Notes: generated by a model from the sequence alone, not told the origin. Positions 52,725 to 62,705 are shown, counted from the stretch's first letter. The stretch is DNA of 64,000 bases from an uncultured Rhodobacterales bacterium (GCA_964425135.1 CAYRKW010000003.1:618-64617), one strand, 5' to 3'. Translations and numbers: made by a program.

Positions 52725-54821
52725 TTAGTCACGCGCCGACTTAAATCTCAGGCCCACTTCGCTCGCCATCAGATCAAGCACCTGTTGGTCAAACCAGTAC
52801 CCCGTATGCCCATAGGGATAGATCGGGATGTTCTTTGGGAATTCCTCACTGTCCGATGGATCGAGCTTGCGCGATTTGATGTAGGTTCCGACGAAATCAT
52901 CGACGCGAAAGATGTTGACCCAGTTGCGCAACAGCGCTGGGTCGACATTGTCGATATTGAACTGCGTCGGGAAGTAATAGTGGTAAAGATGCGAGAAAGG
53001 CGAGCCCATTGTGATCAGCGTGTACGGCACTTTCCCAAGGCTCTGGAGCACATCTTTGCGCGACAATTGCGAGACGGAAATCATCGTGCCTTGCGAGTGA
53101 GAGACGATCAGAACCTCATCGGGTTTGAAGGCCTGCATCTTGGTATCAAGCACAATCCGAAAGCGTGTGTTAATCCGATGGCGCAACGTGAAGCTGGTCG
53201 CGCGGTCGGGATCTTCCATCATATCCTTGAAATTCTGGAGTGGCGATTTCTTGGGAACGCTATCTACAAAGTAGTTGATCACGTCCTTACCCACACCCAG
53301 ACCAACGCCAAGATGCTTTTGTAAGAACGGCCAGGCCAGCACGAATATCGTGCCCAAACCACCCGCAGCCACAGCCGCTATCTCATTAAAGCGGCCCTTC
53401 CAGAACGCCAGACTGTCCGGGTAGAAACAACTGAACGCATCCGGTGTCGGGTTTGGTTCGGCGCCGCACCCGCGATTAAGCGCGATCAAAACAGCGGTGC
53501 CCGCCATCGCCAAAAGGCAAATGGACATCACCCAACCCATCACCGAGTTGAGCAACAGGCGCGGCACCTCTTTGCCGCGTTTGGGCCAGACGGCAGGTTG
53601 TCCTTCTTGGCCGATCTCAGGATTGTCCGCCCGGGCCTGCGCTGTGATATGCGCCTCCGGGTAGGCCTTGATCCATTTGGCCCGGCGCATCGCTTCGACA
53701 ACGCCTGTGACAATCACCAGCGCCAGCGAGGCCATCGCCATGGTGAGCAAGCCCAACGCGCTCTTGAGATGCGCATCGAGCAACGTCTTCACATCACGAT
53801 TGGTCTCTGCCCAGGCACCAAGCGCGATCCAGAATATGCACGCCACGATCAGCCAGAACACCACCATCGCCGCAATGGTCTGCGGATAGACCATACGCGC
53901 CTTATTCTTCGGATTTGGCACCCCATTGAAAACCCAGAACAGCACCAGCACCGCCGCCATTAGCAGCATGACCAGCCAAGTGAGCTGCAAGACCGCCACC
54001 ACAATCGAGATGTAGAAATCGAAGATATCCGCCGATGCGATCAAACCGGTCATATGTCCAATGAGGCCACATGCCAGCAGCACAAACATCGCTACCCCGA
54101 TAAAGAACATCCAGTCTGCGCATTGCCTGAAAAGCCGGTTGGTCGGCCTCTTTAAATAGCCCAACCCGGTCGCAAATGCGCTGATCAGTGCAAAAACAGC
54201 ATGCGGAAAATACGGGTTATCCGTCTTTACCCAGTCATACGGGAGAAATTGGAAAAATACATAAGTCAGCAGCACACCAATCGCGAGCAGCAGGTTGAGC
54301 ACTGCATTTGGTCCATGCGCGAGCCAGACGAATATATCTGCGACGCGAATGCGCCAGTCTTTCTTGCCCATAGTCTGCGAAAACTGTGCGGCTGTGGGCA
54401 GCGATTGCGCATCTTCAGCCGCCGCATCAAGGTCAACCTCTTCGGCCCAATGTTCTTCGTTTTCGTGAACCTCCCGCACATTGGCGCGGATCAGATATCC
54501 CAACCCCAGAATGGTCTTGATAAATTCGAGTATCGTCGAAAATGCACCGGTTGGCCCTTGCGAAAGATCGGCCCAATAGACCTCCGAAAATAGCGTCTCA
54601 TCACCGCTTCCGTTTTCGCGGACGTGGCGTGTGTGGCAGGGAAAGGTATCGAGCGCGCGCGGGTTCTCGTTTTGGTGGTGTTCGCGCAGATACACCAGCT
54701 CGCTTTCGGTGCTGCCATCTACATTATTGGTTGCAGCACCAACAAAACTGTCAAGTGTGTCGCCAGCCGCTTGCTCGCCGACCCCGTGAACAACGAGCAC
54801 AAGTTTCTTTTTGTTGGCCAT
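52725..54821 (-). CDS. Membrane-embedded alpha/beta hydrolase: the HG oxyanion motif and the Ser-Asp-His region are separated by about 8-9 predicted TM helices
   Basis: 698 aa. VLVVHGVGEQ is at aa 8-17 and EVYWADL at 80-86, with hydrophobic helices from about aa 160-500. Nucleophile elbow VSHSQG is at 573-578, followed by MGSPFSHL, VDDFVG (about 640) and GHTGYW (about 671). Confidence 0.7.
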   Translation of the reverse strand: MANKKKLVLVVHGVGEQAAGDTLDSFVGAATNNVDGSTESELVYLREHHQNENPRALDTFPCHTRHVRENGSGDETLFSEVYWADLSQGPTGAFSTILEFIKTILGLGYLIRANVREVHENEEHWAEEVDLDAAAEDAQSLPTAAQFSQTMGKKDWRIRVADIFVWLAHGPNAVLNLLLAIGVLLTYVFFQFLPYDWVKTDNPYFPHAVFALISAFATGLGYLKRPTNRLFRQCADWMFFIGVAMFVLLACGLIGHMTGLIASADIFDFYISIVVAVLQLTWLVMLLMAAVLVLFWVFNGVPNPKNKARMVYPQTIAAMVVFWLIVACIFWIALGAWAETNRDVKTLLDAHLKSALGLLTMAMASLALVIVTGVVEAMRRAKWIKAYPEAHITAQARADNPEIGQEGQPAVWPKRGKEVPRLLLNSVMGWVMSICLLAMAGTAVLIALNRGCGAEPNPTPDAFSCFYPDSLAFWKGRFNEIAAVAAGGLGTIFVLAWPFLQKHLGVGLGVGKDVINYFVDSVPKKSPLQNFKDMMEDPDRATSFTLRHRINTRFRIVLDTKMQAFKPDEVLIVSHSQGTMISVSQLSRKDVLQSLGKVPYTLITMGSPFSHLYHYYFPTQFNIDNVDPALLRNWVNIFRVDDFVGTYIKSRKLDPSDSEEFPKNIPIYPYGHTGYWFDQQVLDLMASEVGLRFKSARD

Positions 54822-54913
54822 AAATTTCTACAAAATCGCATTGTGAAAGATGATGGCCAAAAGGTTAGCGACACATTCGGACTGTGTCTACGGGCGCAGG
54901 CGTGATTTGGCGA

Positions 54914-55549
54914 TCAGCCCATTTTTGTCAGGGCGGCAGTCAGGGCGGCAACCGAGCCGCCGTTGCGATCCAGAATAGCGCGAATTTCGTTGCGCTCTGC
55001 CGAGAGCAACTTCACACCTTCGATGATGATGTCGAAAAATTTCAATTGGCCGTCACTATTGATCACGTGCCATTCGACGGGGAAGGGCTCGGACCACTTT
55101 TTGGTCTCGACGAGCGATTGGACAATGATCCCCTTACGCCCATAGTCAGTCGAGCGCGAGATCTCGATAGATGCGCCTTTAAAATCGGCGAACTGCTTGC
55201 CGTATTTGCGCGCCAAATATCCGCTGAGCGCATCGACATACGCGTTCCGCTCTGCGCCAGAGGCTGCGCGCCAGGGTTGGCCCAAAATCGCACTCGCAAT
55301 ACGCGTGCGATCGCCATAGCGCTGGAAAATGCCTTCAAAATCGCGCAAAACCGCCGCTTGGGATTTGCCCGCGTTGATGATCGAGAGCACATCGCCCAAG
55401 ACGCGCTGAATAAGCGCTTCGGCATCTTTGACCGTCATCGCCTGAGCGGGCAGGGCGCTGACAAGCCCCGCCCCCAATGCCCCCGCACCAAAGGCGCGGC
55501 GTGACAGGTTACGGGTCGAAGGCGAAAGGGTCGTCAAGGTCTGCTTCAT
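54914..55549 (-). CDS. mlaC: MlaC/Ttg2D-family periplasmic phospholipid-binding protein
   Basis: 211 aa with Tat/Sec-like signal (SRRAFGAGALGAGLVSALPAQA) and family-typical WHVINSDGQLKFFDIIIEGVKLLSAERNE. Confidence 0.7.
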   Translation of the reverse strand: MKQTLTTLSPSTRNLSRRAFGAGALGAGLVSALPAQAMTVKDAEALIQRVLGDVLSIINAGKSQAAVLRDFEGIFQRYGDRTRIASAILGQPWRAASGAERNAYVDALSGYLARKYGKQFADFKGASIEISRSTDYGRKGIIVQSLVETKKWSEPFPVEWHVINSDGQLKFFDIIIEGVKLLSAERNEIRAILDRNGGSVAALTAALTKMG

Positions 55550-56267
55550 TCAATTCACCACCCCGAAGGGCGTTTCTCCTGTTCTGCAAATAGCCGATCT
55601 GTGCCGCCGTGTAGCTGTCCTCAGAGGCATAAAGCACACCGTCGATCACAACGCCCAACCTATGCCTGTTTCCAACTAAATCCAGCCCCCGCAGCACAGT
55701 TACAACCTCTTGCTCGCTTTCCGGCAACAAATTGCCCACAGGATTGATGGTCAAATCAACAATCCGGCCGAACCCATCACGAAGAGTTGACGGACCAAAC
55801 AGCGGTAACTCGATGTATGCGCCTTCACCCGCACCCCAGACATACAGTGTTTCGCCGAAATCGGTGCTGTCATCTGGTAAATCAAGCTGCGATGCCGGAT
55901 CGAAAATTCCCAGAATTCCGACGGTGGAGTTGATCAAAAACCGCCCCGACATCTTGAACGCAGCGCCCAAATCGCCTTGCAGCGTGTGATTAACGACGTC
56001 AGAGGGCAGCGACAGGTTTGACACTGTGTTTTGCAACGCAATATCAATTGGCTCTGGCGTCACAGCACCGTAAACCTGCGATGCGGGACGCAAAATCACC
56101 CGATCCAGACCTTTGTTGACCTGATGAACCGCACGGTTCACCGGCTCAATCGGATCGTTAACCGTATTCGCGCGATCGAGTTGCTGGCTACAAGCGGCCA
56201 GCGCGAATGAGGCCAATATCAGGAATCTCGCGAAAATTGGCCGAGTTTGATCGAAAAACTGTGACAA
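55509..56267 (-). CDS. mlaA: MlaA/VacJ family outer-membrane lipoprotein
   Basis: 252 aa with lipobox-like LAAC. VacJ motifs NDPIEPVNRAVHQVN, INSTVGILGIFDPA and GETLYVWG. Confidence 0.8.
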   Translation of the reverse strand: MSQFFDQTRPIFARFLILASFALAACSQQLDRANTVNDPIEPVNRAVHQVNKGLDRVILRPASQVYGAVTPEPIDIALQNTVSNLSLPSDVVNHTLQGDLGAAFKMSGRFLINSTVGILGIFDPASQLDLPDDSTDFGETLYVWGAGEGAYIELPLFGPSTLRDGFGRIVDLTINPVGNLLPESEQEVVTVLRGLDLVGNRHRLGVVIDGVLYASEDSYTAAQIGYLQNRRNALRGGELNEADLDDPFAFDP

Positions 56268-56469
56268 TGATTAACTCCGTTGGGCTTAATCCCTATATAG
56301 GGCTGATCGACAGGTCTCAAATTAACCATGATTTCAGTGTAGGACACTATCTGAAAGTAGAATACAAGCGCGAATACCCTCTATCGGATGAGATGAACAG
56401 TAGGCTAAAGGATCGCAGATTCTATGACTCGATCCGGATTCGCGTGCGCAACGAAGGGCAAGGACAGAA

Positions 56470-58203
56470 ATGGCAACTCAGTTTAAGCAAGGCCATAAAG
56501 AACTCACACAGGCACTTAAAACCGGTCGCGGGCTGTTTTTCTCGGTCGGCGTATTCAGTATGTTCGTAAACCTGCTGATGCTGACCGGACCGCTGTTCAT
56601 GTTGCAGGTCTATGACCGCGTTTTGGGCTCACGGTCCGAGGAAACGCTGGTCGCGCTTTTTGTGCTCGTTGGCTTCCTTTACCTGCTGATGGGATTTCTC
56701 GATCATGCACGGGGCCGGGTCCTTGCGCGCGTTGGTGCGGAATTCCAGACCGTGCTCGACAAGCGAGTGTTCGAGGCGGTGCTCAAACGTTCTGTTGTGC
56801 CGATGGAACGCTCTCGTCCCGCATCAGGTTTGCGCGATCTTGAATCTGTCCAGCGCCTGATGTCGTCACCGGCGCTTTTCGCTGTCTTTGACATGCCGTG
56901 GGTGCCGATATTCATGGGCGCGATTTTCATGTTCCACCCGTGGCTGGGCTACCTTGGCCTTGCAGGCGCTGTGATCATCATTTCGCTGACATTCTTCAAC
57001 CAATGGCTCACCCGCAAACCGGTTACAGAGGCGAACCAAAAGTCGGCTCAGGCGGAAGGGTTTGCCCAATCCATCCGCGAAGAAGGAGAAGTGATCCAGG
57101 GTCTTGGCATGCGCGGCGCAGTGCTTGAGCGTTGGCGCGCCAACCGCGACGTCGCGCTGGAGGCCCAGATTTCCGCTTCCGACAAGACCGGCACATTTTC
57201 CACATCGTCCAAGTCGTTCCGTATGTTCCTGCAGTCCGCCATGCTCGCACTGGGTGCCTATCTGGTGCTTCAGGGGCAGCTGACAGCGGGTGCGATGATC
57301 GCCGGTTCGATCCTGCTGGGCCGCGCGCTTGCGCCGGTTGAGCAGGCTATCGCACAATGGCCGAATGTGATCCGCGCGCGTGAGGGTTGGAGTAATCTGA
57401 CAGAACTTCTGGAAAAGACGCCAGAAGATCAGCCGCGCACAGAATTGCCCAAGCCACGGGCCATCATGGAAGCGCAACAAATCACTGTTGTTCCGCCGGG
57501 CGAACAGGTTGCGACCTTGCGTATGCTCTCTTTTCGGATCGAGCCGGGGCAAGCGATGGGCGTGATCGGGCCGTCAGGTGCGGGTAAATCCACGCTCGCG
57601 CGTGCGATCCTCGGGATTTGGCGACCTGCATCGGGCAAAATGCGTCTCGATGGGGCCTCGCTCGACAATTACGACAATGATGCACTGGGCAGCTACATCG
57701 GCTATTTGCCACAAGACGTGACGCTTTTTGCAGGCTCGATTGCCGAAAATATCGCCCGTATGTCCACATCGCCTGATCCTGCCAAAGTCGTCGAAGCGGC
57801 CAAGAAAGCGGGCGCGCATGACATGATCCTGAAAATGCCAGCAGGCTATGACACGCAGATCACCTCCGGCTCAGGTCGCCTGTCGGGCGGTCAGAAACAG
57901 CGGGTTGGTCTGGCGCGTGCCATGTACGGCGACCCGGTCCTTCTGGTCCTCGATGAGCCGAACTCCAATCTCGATAGCGCAGGCTCCGAAGCGCTCAACA
58001 CAGCGATCCGCCAGATGAAAGAGGACGGCAAATCGGTCATCATCATGGCCCACCGGCCTGCGGCAATCGCTGAGTGCGATCTGCTTCTCTATGTTGAAAA
58101 CGGCATGCGCAAGGCCTTCGGTCCGCGCGATGATGTCCTGCGCGAGCAGCTCAAAAACTACAATCAGGTCGCTGGTGCGATCAACAAACAGCAGGAGGCA
58201 TAG
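56470..58203 (+). CDS. Type I secretion system permease/ATPase (PrtD/AprD family)
   Basis: 577 aa: an N-terminal 6-TM domain without a C39 peptidase, Walker A GPSGAGKST, signature LSGGQKQRV and Walker B LLVLDEPNS. Confidence 0.9.
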   Translation: MATQFKQGHKELTQALKTGRGLFFSVGVFSMFVNLLMLTGPLFMLQVYDRVLGSRSEETLVALFVLVGFLYLLMGFLDHARGRVLARVGAEFQTVLDKRVFEAVLKRSVVPMERSRPASGLRDLESVQRLMSSPALFAVFDMPWVPIFMGAIFMFHPWLGYLGLAGAVIIISLTFFNQWLTRKPVTEANQKSAQAEGFAQSIREEGEVIQGLGMRGAVLERWRANRDVALEAQISASDKTGTFSTSSKSFRMFLQSAMLALGAYLVLQGQLTAGAMIAGSILLGRALAPVEQAIAQWPNVIRAREGWSNLTELLEKTPEDQPRTELPKPRAIMEAQQITVVPPGEQVATLRMLSFRIEPGQAMGVIGPSGAGKSTLARAILGIWRPASGKMRLDGASLDNYDNDALGSYIGYLPQDVTLFAGSIAENIARMSTSPDPAKVVEAAKKAGAHDMILKMPAGYDTQITSGSGRLSGGQKQRVGLARAMYGDPVLLVLDEPNSNLDSAGSEALNTAIRQMKEDGKSVIIMAHRPAAIAECDLLLYVENGMRKAFGPRDDVLREQLKNYNQVAGAINKQQEA

Positions 58204-58206
58204 CTC

Positions 58207-59541
58207 ATGGCTCAGCTTCAATTGCCCGGACCATCCAAGAAACCCAAACGCCAGTGGCGCGCCTCCAAACATATGTCCATCGGCTTCATCGCGCTCGCGG
58301 TGCTCGTTGCCGGACTTGGCGGTTGGGCGGTCATGGCCAATATCGCAGGCGCGATTGTCAGCTCCGGTAGCATCGAGGTCGAAGCCAACCGTCAGGTTGT
58401 CCAGCACCCCGAAGGCGGTGTCGTCGGCGAGATCAATGTCGTTGATGGCGATCTTGTTGAAGCCGGCACAGTCCTCATCCGATTTGATGACACATTGCTG
58501 CGCAGCGAACTTGCCGTGATCGAAGGCCAGCTCTTTGAGATCATCGCCCGAAAAGCCCGCCTGCGGGCAGAGCGTGACGGTGCTGACGAGATTACCTTCA
58601 CCGGCGAGTTGGAAGAGCTGGCGCGTGGGTCCGACATTGATATTGAGGAACTCAAGGAAGGTCAGCAACGCCTCTTCGAAGCGCGCCGCAAGTCGCTTGC
58701 GCAGGAAGCGGAACAACTTGGCGAGCGCAAGATTCAGATCGGCCAGCAGATCGAAGGGACGCAAGCCCAGCTGTCCTCGCTCACACGGCAGTTGGAGCTT
58801 CTGACCGAAGAACTCGCTGACCAGCAAGAGCTGTTGGACAAAGGCTTGGCGCAGGCCAGTCGCGTTCTGGCCTTGCAACGCGACGAAGCGCGTCTTTTTG
58901 GTCAGGTCGGCGAACTGCAGGCTGGTGTTGCCGAAGCGCGCGGACGGATTGCCGAAATTGAGATCGAACTTCTCAAGCTGCAAAGCAGTCTGCGCGAGGA
59001 GGCGATCACCACCTTGCGCGATCTTCAATACAACGAGATCGAGCTGAAAGAACGGCGGCTCACATCGCTCGAAACCCTCTCCCGCCTCGAAGTGCGCGCG
59101 CCACTCTCGGGTATCGTTTACGGTAAGGTTGTGCATGCGCTGCGCTCGGTCGTGCGCGCTGCCGAACCGATGATGTACATCGTCCCGCAAGACAGCCCGC
59201 TGGTGATCAGCTCGCGCATTGAAACGATCCACATCGACGAGGTTCAGGTGGGACAGGAGGCCAAGCTGGTTTTCTCTACATTCGATGCCCGTACAACGCC
59301 TGAGTTAAATGGCAAAGTGACCCGGGTGTCGGCGGATGTCATCACCGATGAAGTCACCGGAATGCCGTATTACGAGGCCGAAATCCTGCCTGACGAAGGT
59401 GAATTGGCGAAGCTCGAAGGCAAGGAACTGCTGCCCGGCATGCCGGTGGAGAGTTTCATCAAAACCCGCGACCGCACACCGCTCTCTTATCTGGTGAAAC
59501 CGCTGGCTGATTACTTCAACCGCGCTTTCCGCGAAAGCTGA
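58207..59541 (+). CDS. Type I secretion membrane fusion protein (HlyD family)
   Basis: 444 aa with an N-terminal TM, a long coiled-coil and a C-terminal beta-barrel (LLPGMPVESFIKT). It starts 4 nt after the ABC gene. Confidence 0.9.
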   Translation: MAQLQLPGPSKKPKRQWRASKHMSIGFIALAVLVAGLGGWAVMANIAGAIVSSGSIEVEANRQVVQHPEGGVVGEINVVDGDLVEAGTVLIRFDDTLLRSELAVIEGQLFEIIARKARLRAERDGADEITFTGELEELARGSDIDIEELKEGQQRLFEARRKSLAQEAEQLGERKIQIGQQIEGTQAQLSSLTRQLELLTEELADQQELLDKGLAQASRVLALQRDEARLFGQVGELQAGVAEARGRIAEIEIELLKLQSSLREEAITTLRDLQYNEIELKERRLTSLETLSRLEVRAPLSGIVYGKVVHALRSVVRAAEPMMYIVPQDSPLVISSRIETIHIDEVQVGQEAKLVFSTFDARTTPELNGKVTRVSADVITDEVTGMPYYEAEILPDEGELAKLEGKELLPGMPVESFIKTRDRTPLSYLVKPLADYFNRAFRES

Positions 59542-59643
59542 TCACGCAACAAATCCGCTGCGGTGCATGATTTTTGCATTTTATCCGTATCGCAGCGGGG
59601 GTACTGTCCCTCTGAAACTGGAATTTGAGAAGGACACGGACCC

Positions 59644-60111
59644 ATGGCCGGAACAATCGACGCGCGCCTCGCAGAGCTTGGTATTGAACTGCCGGACGCG
59701 CCCGCGCCTGCAGCGAACTACGTACCATACGTGCAATCGGGCAATTTGCTGTTCATCTCCGGCCAAATCTCCCGCGATGACAGTGGCCTGATCACTGGCA
59801 AGGTCGGCGCAGAACTGGATACAGCCCAAGGCGCAGCCGCTGCCCGCACCTGCGCGCTGGCGCTGATCGCCCAGGCCAAAGCGGCCTGCGACGGCGATCT
59901 GGGCAAGATCACCCGTGTCGTCAAACTCACCGGCTTTGTGAATTCCACGCCCGATTTCGCCGAACAACCGCAAGTGATCAACGGCGCATCCGATGTCATC
60001 GCGGATATTTTCGGCGACAAAATCGGCGCCCATGCCCGCGCCGCCGTCAGCGCAGGCGCTCTCCCGCTCGGCGTTGCGGTGGAGATCGAGGCGGTGTTCG
60101 AACTGGCATGA
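59644..60111 (+). CDS. RidA/YjgF family protein
   Basis: 155 aa; LLFISGQ ... AAVSAGALPLGVAVEIEAVFEL. Confidence 0.85.
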   Translation: MAGTIDARLAELGIELPDAPAPAANYVPYVQSGNLLFISGQISRDDSGLITGKVGAELDTAQGAAAARTCALALIAQAKAACDGDLGKITRVVKLTGFVNSTPDFAEQPQVINGASDVIADIFGDKIGAHARAAVSAGALPLGVAVEIEAVFELA

Positions 60112-60875
60112 CCGGCAGGCTCGACCTTCGATTTCTGGACGCCCCGCTTGCGCATCGCGGCCTGCATGACCGCGATGCGGGTATCATCGAAAACTCGATC
60201 TCAGCGGTGCGCGCTGCCGTCGATGCTGGCTTTGGGATCGAGATTGATATCCAAGCCGCCTCCGACGCCACCCCGATGGTATTCCATGACGACACGCTTG
60301 ATCGCCTGACAGGGCTCACTGGACCCATCGTTGTTCAACCCGTCGAGAAGCTCGAAGCAACAGCTTTGACCGGCGGCAGCGATTCTATCCACACGCTGGA
60401 AGATATTCTGGCGGAGGTGGCGGGACAGGTTCCCTTGCTCATCGAGATCAAGGATCAGGATGGGGCGCTCGGCCCCGATATGGGCGCGCTCCCCAAAACC
60501 ACTGCTGCGGCGCTCGCAGATTATGACGGCCCCCTCGCGGTCATGTCTTTCAACCCCCATGCGATTGCAGATTTTGCCCATCACGCCCCGCATATCGCGC
60601 GCGGGATTGTCACGGATCCGTTTAACGCAAACGATTGGCCGCATGTCTCGCAGCACCGCCGGTCCCAATTGCGCGAGGTGCCTGATGTTGAGACCCTCGA
60701 TCTTGATTTCATCTCGCACAATGTCCGCGACCTCAGCGCCCCGCCGGTCGCACGGGTCAAACGCAGCGGAAAGCCTGTCTTTTGCTGGACCGTTCGTGAT
60801 GCGCAGACAGAAGCACGGGCCCGCAAAATTGCCGACAATATCACCTTCGAAGGCTACCACCCGTCTGGACGCTGA
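60108..60875 (+). CDS. Glycerophosphodiester phosphodiesterase family protein
   Basis: AHRG...ENS...EIDIQ...VFHDDTLDR motifs, with a 4-nt overlap with the RidA gene. Confidence 0.8.
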   Translation: MTGRLDLRFLDAPLAHRGLHDRDAGIIENSISAVRAAVDAGFGIEIDIQAASDATPMVFHDDTLDRLTGLTGPIVVQPVEKLEATALTGGSDSIHTLEDILAEVAGQVPLLIEIKDQDGALGPDMGALPKTTAAALADYDGPLAVMSFNPHAIADFAHHAPHIARGIVTDPFNANDWPHVSQHRRSQLREVPDVETLDLDFISHNVRDLSAPPVARVKRSGKPVFCWTVRDAQTEARARKIADNITFEGYHPSGR

Positions 60876-60923
60876 CCCAAGGCAGCCTATTTAACCTATC
60901 GTGGCACGTAAAACCTAAGGCCA

Positions 60924-62111
60924 ATGGATCAAAGCACCATCGAAGTGAGTGTGATCGGCACGCTCGGCGACATCAGCCAGGCCGAGTGGGATGCCTGCGC
61001 GCGCGTCACACCGGATGGAAGCGCACGCGCGTTCGACCCCTTCACCCAATACGCATTCCTCAAAGCGCTCGAAGACAGCGGCTCTGTCGGAGATCGCACC
61101 GGCTGGATCCCACGCTATCTGATCGCCCGCAAGGGTGCTCAGGTCATTGGCGTCATGCCGCTCTACATCAAAATGCACAGTCAGGGCGAATACGTCTTCG
61201 ATCACAATTGGGCGCATGCCTATGAACAATCGGGCGCCGCCTACTATCCTAAACTGCAAGCCGCTGTCCCCTTCACCCCCGCATCGGGCCGTCGCTTGCT
61301 CGCCCGCCCCGGCTATGAGGCGATTGTCCAAGCCGCACTCGTCGAAGGCGCGGTGCAGGTGGCTGCACAAAATGACCTGTCGTCGGTCCATATCACCTTC
61401 TGCGATGCAGCGGAATATCAGGCTGCCGGTGCGCTGGGCCTCTTGCAACGTACCGGCCAGCAATTTCATTGGGTCAACGACGACTACGCCGATTTTGACG
61501 CCTTCCTTGCTGATCTGTCATCACGCAAACGCAAAAATATCCGCAAGGAACGCCGTTCAGCCCAGAGCTTTGGCGGCGAAATTATCCAGAAAAGCGGCGC
61601 GCAAATCACACCCGAAGACTGGGACGCCTTCTGGGTGTTCTACCAGGATACAGGCGCCCGCAAATGGGGTTCACCCTACCTCACCCGCAGCTTTTTTGAT
61701 CTGGTACAAGCTGCCCTTGGCGACGATCTGCTGCTGGTTCTGGCGATGCGCGACGGGCGCCCGATCGCAGGCGCGCTCAACCTGATCGGCGCGGAATGCC
61801 TTTACGGGCGCTACTGGGGCTGCACCGAGCATCACAACTGCCTGCATTTCGAAATCTGCTACTATCAAGCCATCGATTACGCCATCGCAAACGGATTAAA
61901 ACGCGTCGAGGCAGGCGCGCAGGGCCAACACAAACTCGCCAGAGGCTATATGCCCGCGCCAACCTATTCGCTGCACTGGATCGCCGACCCCCGCTTCAGA
62001 GACGCGGTTTCCAACTATCTCGATGCAGAACGCGCTGCAGTTGATGAGGAAATCGAAATCCTCACCGACTACGGCCCGTTCAAAACCGTCTCAATCGAAG
62101 AACAGGACTGA
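60924..62111 (+). CDS. GNAT-fold N-acyltransferase of the DUF482/FemAB-like family
   Basis: 395 aa. Family recognised from the N-terminal FLKALEDSGSVGDRTGW and C-terminal YWGC...HFEICYYQAIDYAI blocks. From memory and not verified. Confidence 0.65.
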   Translation: MDQSTIEVSVIGTLGDISQAEWDACARVTPDGSARAFDPFTQYAFLKALEDSGSVGDRTGWIPRYLIARKGAQVIGVMPLYIKMHSQGEYVFDHNWAHAYEQSGAAYYPKLQAAVPFTPASGRRLLARPGYEAIVQAALVEGAVQVAAQNDLSSVHITFCDAAEYQAAGALGLLQRTGQQFHWVNDDYADFDAFLADLSSRKRKNIRKERRSAQSFGGEIIQKSGAQITPEDWDAFWVFYQDTGARKWGSPYLTRSFFDLVQAALGDDLLLVLAMRDGRPIAGALNLIGAECLYGRYWGCTEHHNCLHFEICYYQAIDYAIANGLKRVEAGAQGQHKLARGYMPAPTYSLHWIADPRFRDAVSNYLDAERAAVDEEIEILTDYGPFKTVSIEEQD

Positions 62112-62139
62112 TGTCGCGCCCGCCAAGAGATGAGCGCAA

Positions 62140-62211
62140 CTTCTTTGGTTCGGAAAATTCCCGCTGCGCGCGCAAGCGCAAAACCAATGACGCGAGCCGC
62201 GTCAGCGGCTC
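62140..62211 (-). repeat. Dispersed element placed just after a stop codon, copy B (immediately downstream of the peroxiredoxin stop)
   Basis: CTTCTTTGGTTCGGAAAATTCCCGCTGCGCGCGCAAGCGCAAAACCAATGACGCG followed by hairpin GAGCCGC-GTCA-GCGGCTC. Confidence 0.7.
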
Positions 62212-62216
62212 ACGGA

Positions 62217-62705
62217 CTACATCGCCTCCAGCAGGCTCTCACCGGCAGAAATCGTGCATTCGCCTGGGCTGTCTTCGATCTGAAGATTGGACACAACCCC
62301 ATCCTCCACGACCATTGCAAACCGCTTCGAGCGATTGATCAGCCCAACCGGCTCTGCCGTGAAATCAAGCCCCATCGCCGCCGTGAAACTGCCATCCGCA
62401 TCCGAGAGCATCCGAATTCCGGCCTTATCCGCACCAACATCGCCGCCCCAGGCCTGCATGACAAACACATCATTAACTGACAAACAGATGATCTCATCCA
62501 CACCTTTGGCATCAAATCCGGCTTTGGTGCGGATAAACGATGGCAAATGCGCCGATGAACACGTCGGGGTGTAGGCACCCGGCAAACCAAACAGCACCAC
62601 CTTGCGCCCCTTGAACAGCGCATCGGTCGTATATTCCGCCGGACCATCGCCGGTCATCTCGCGCAAGGTTGCATTGGGAAGCGTATCGCCGTTTGAAATA
62701 GCCAT
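62217..62705 (-). CDS. Prx5-type peroxiredoxin
   Basis: Start placed at MAISNGDTLP (162 aa), with peroxidatic Cys context GLPGAYTPTCS. Confidence 0.85.
   Translation of the reverse strand: MAISNGDTLPNATLREMTGDGPAEYTTDALFKGRKVVLFGLPGAYTPTCSSAHLPSFIRTKAGFDAKGVDEIICLSVNDVFVMQAWGGDVGADKAGIRMLSDADGSFTAAMGLDFTAEPVGLINRSKRFAMVVEDGVVSNLQIEDSPGECTISAGESLLEAM

Noticed and set aside
56207-56569. 120-aa plus-strand ORF upstream of the T1SS ABC gene
   Set aside because: It overlaps the mlaA start and the ABC gene start out of frame, and it lies in an AT-rich promoter-like region with no motif.
57871-59232. 453-aa minus-strand ORF
   Set aside because: It is antisense to the HlyD-family coiled-coil gene. 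Codon bias for E/L/Q/A on the sense strand removes stops from the antisense frame, and the product has no motif.
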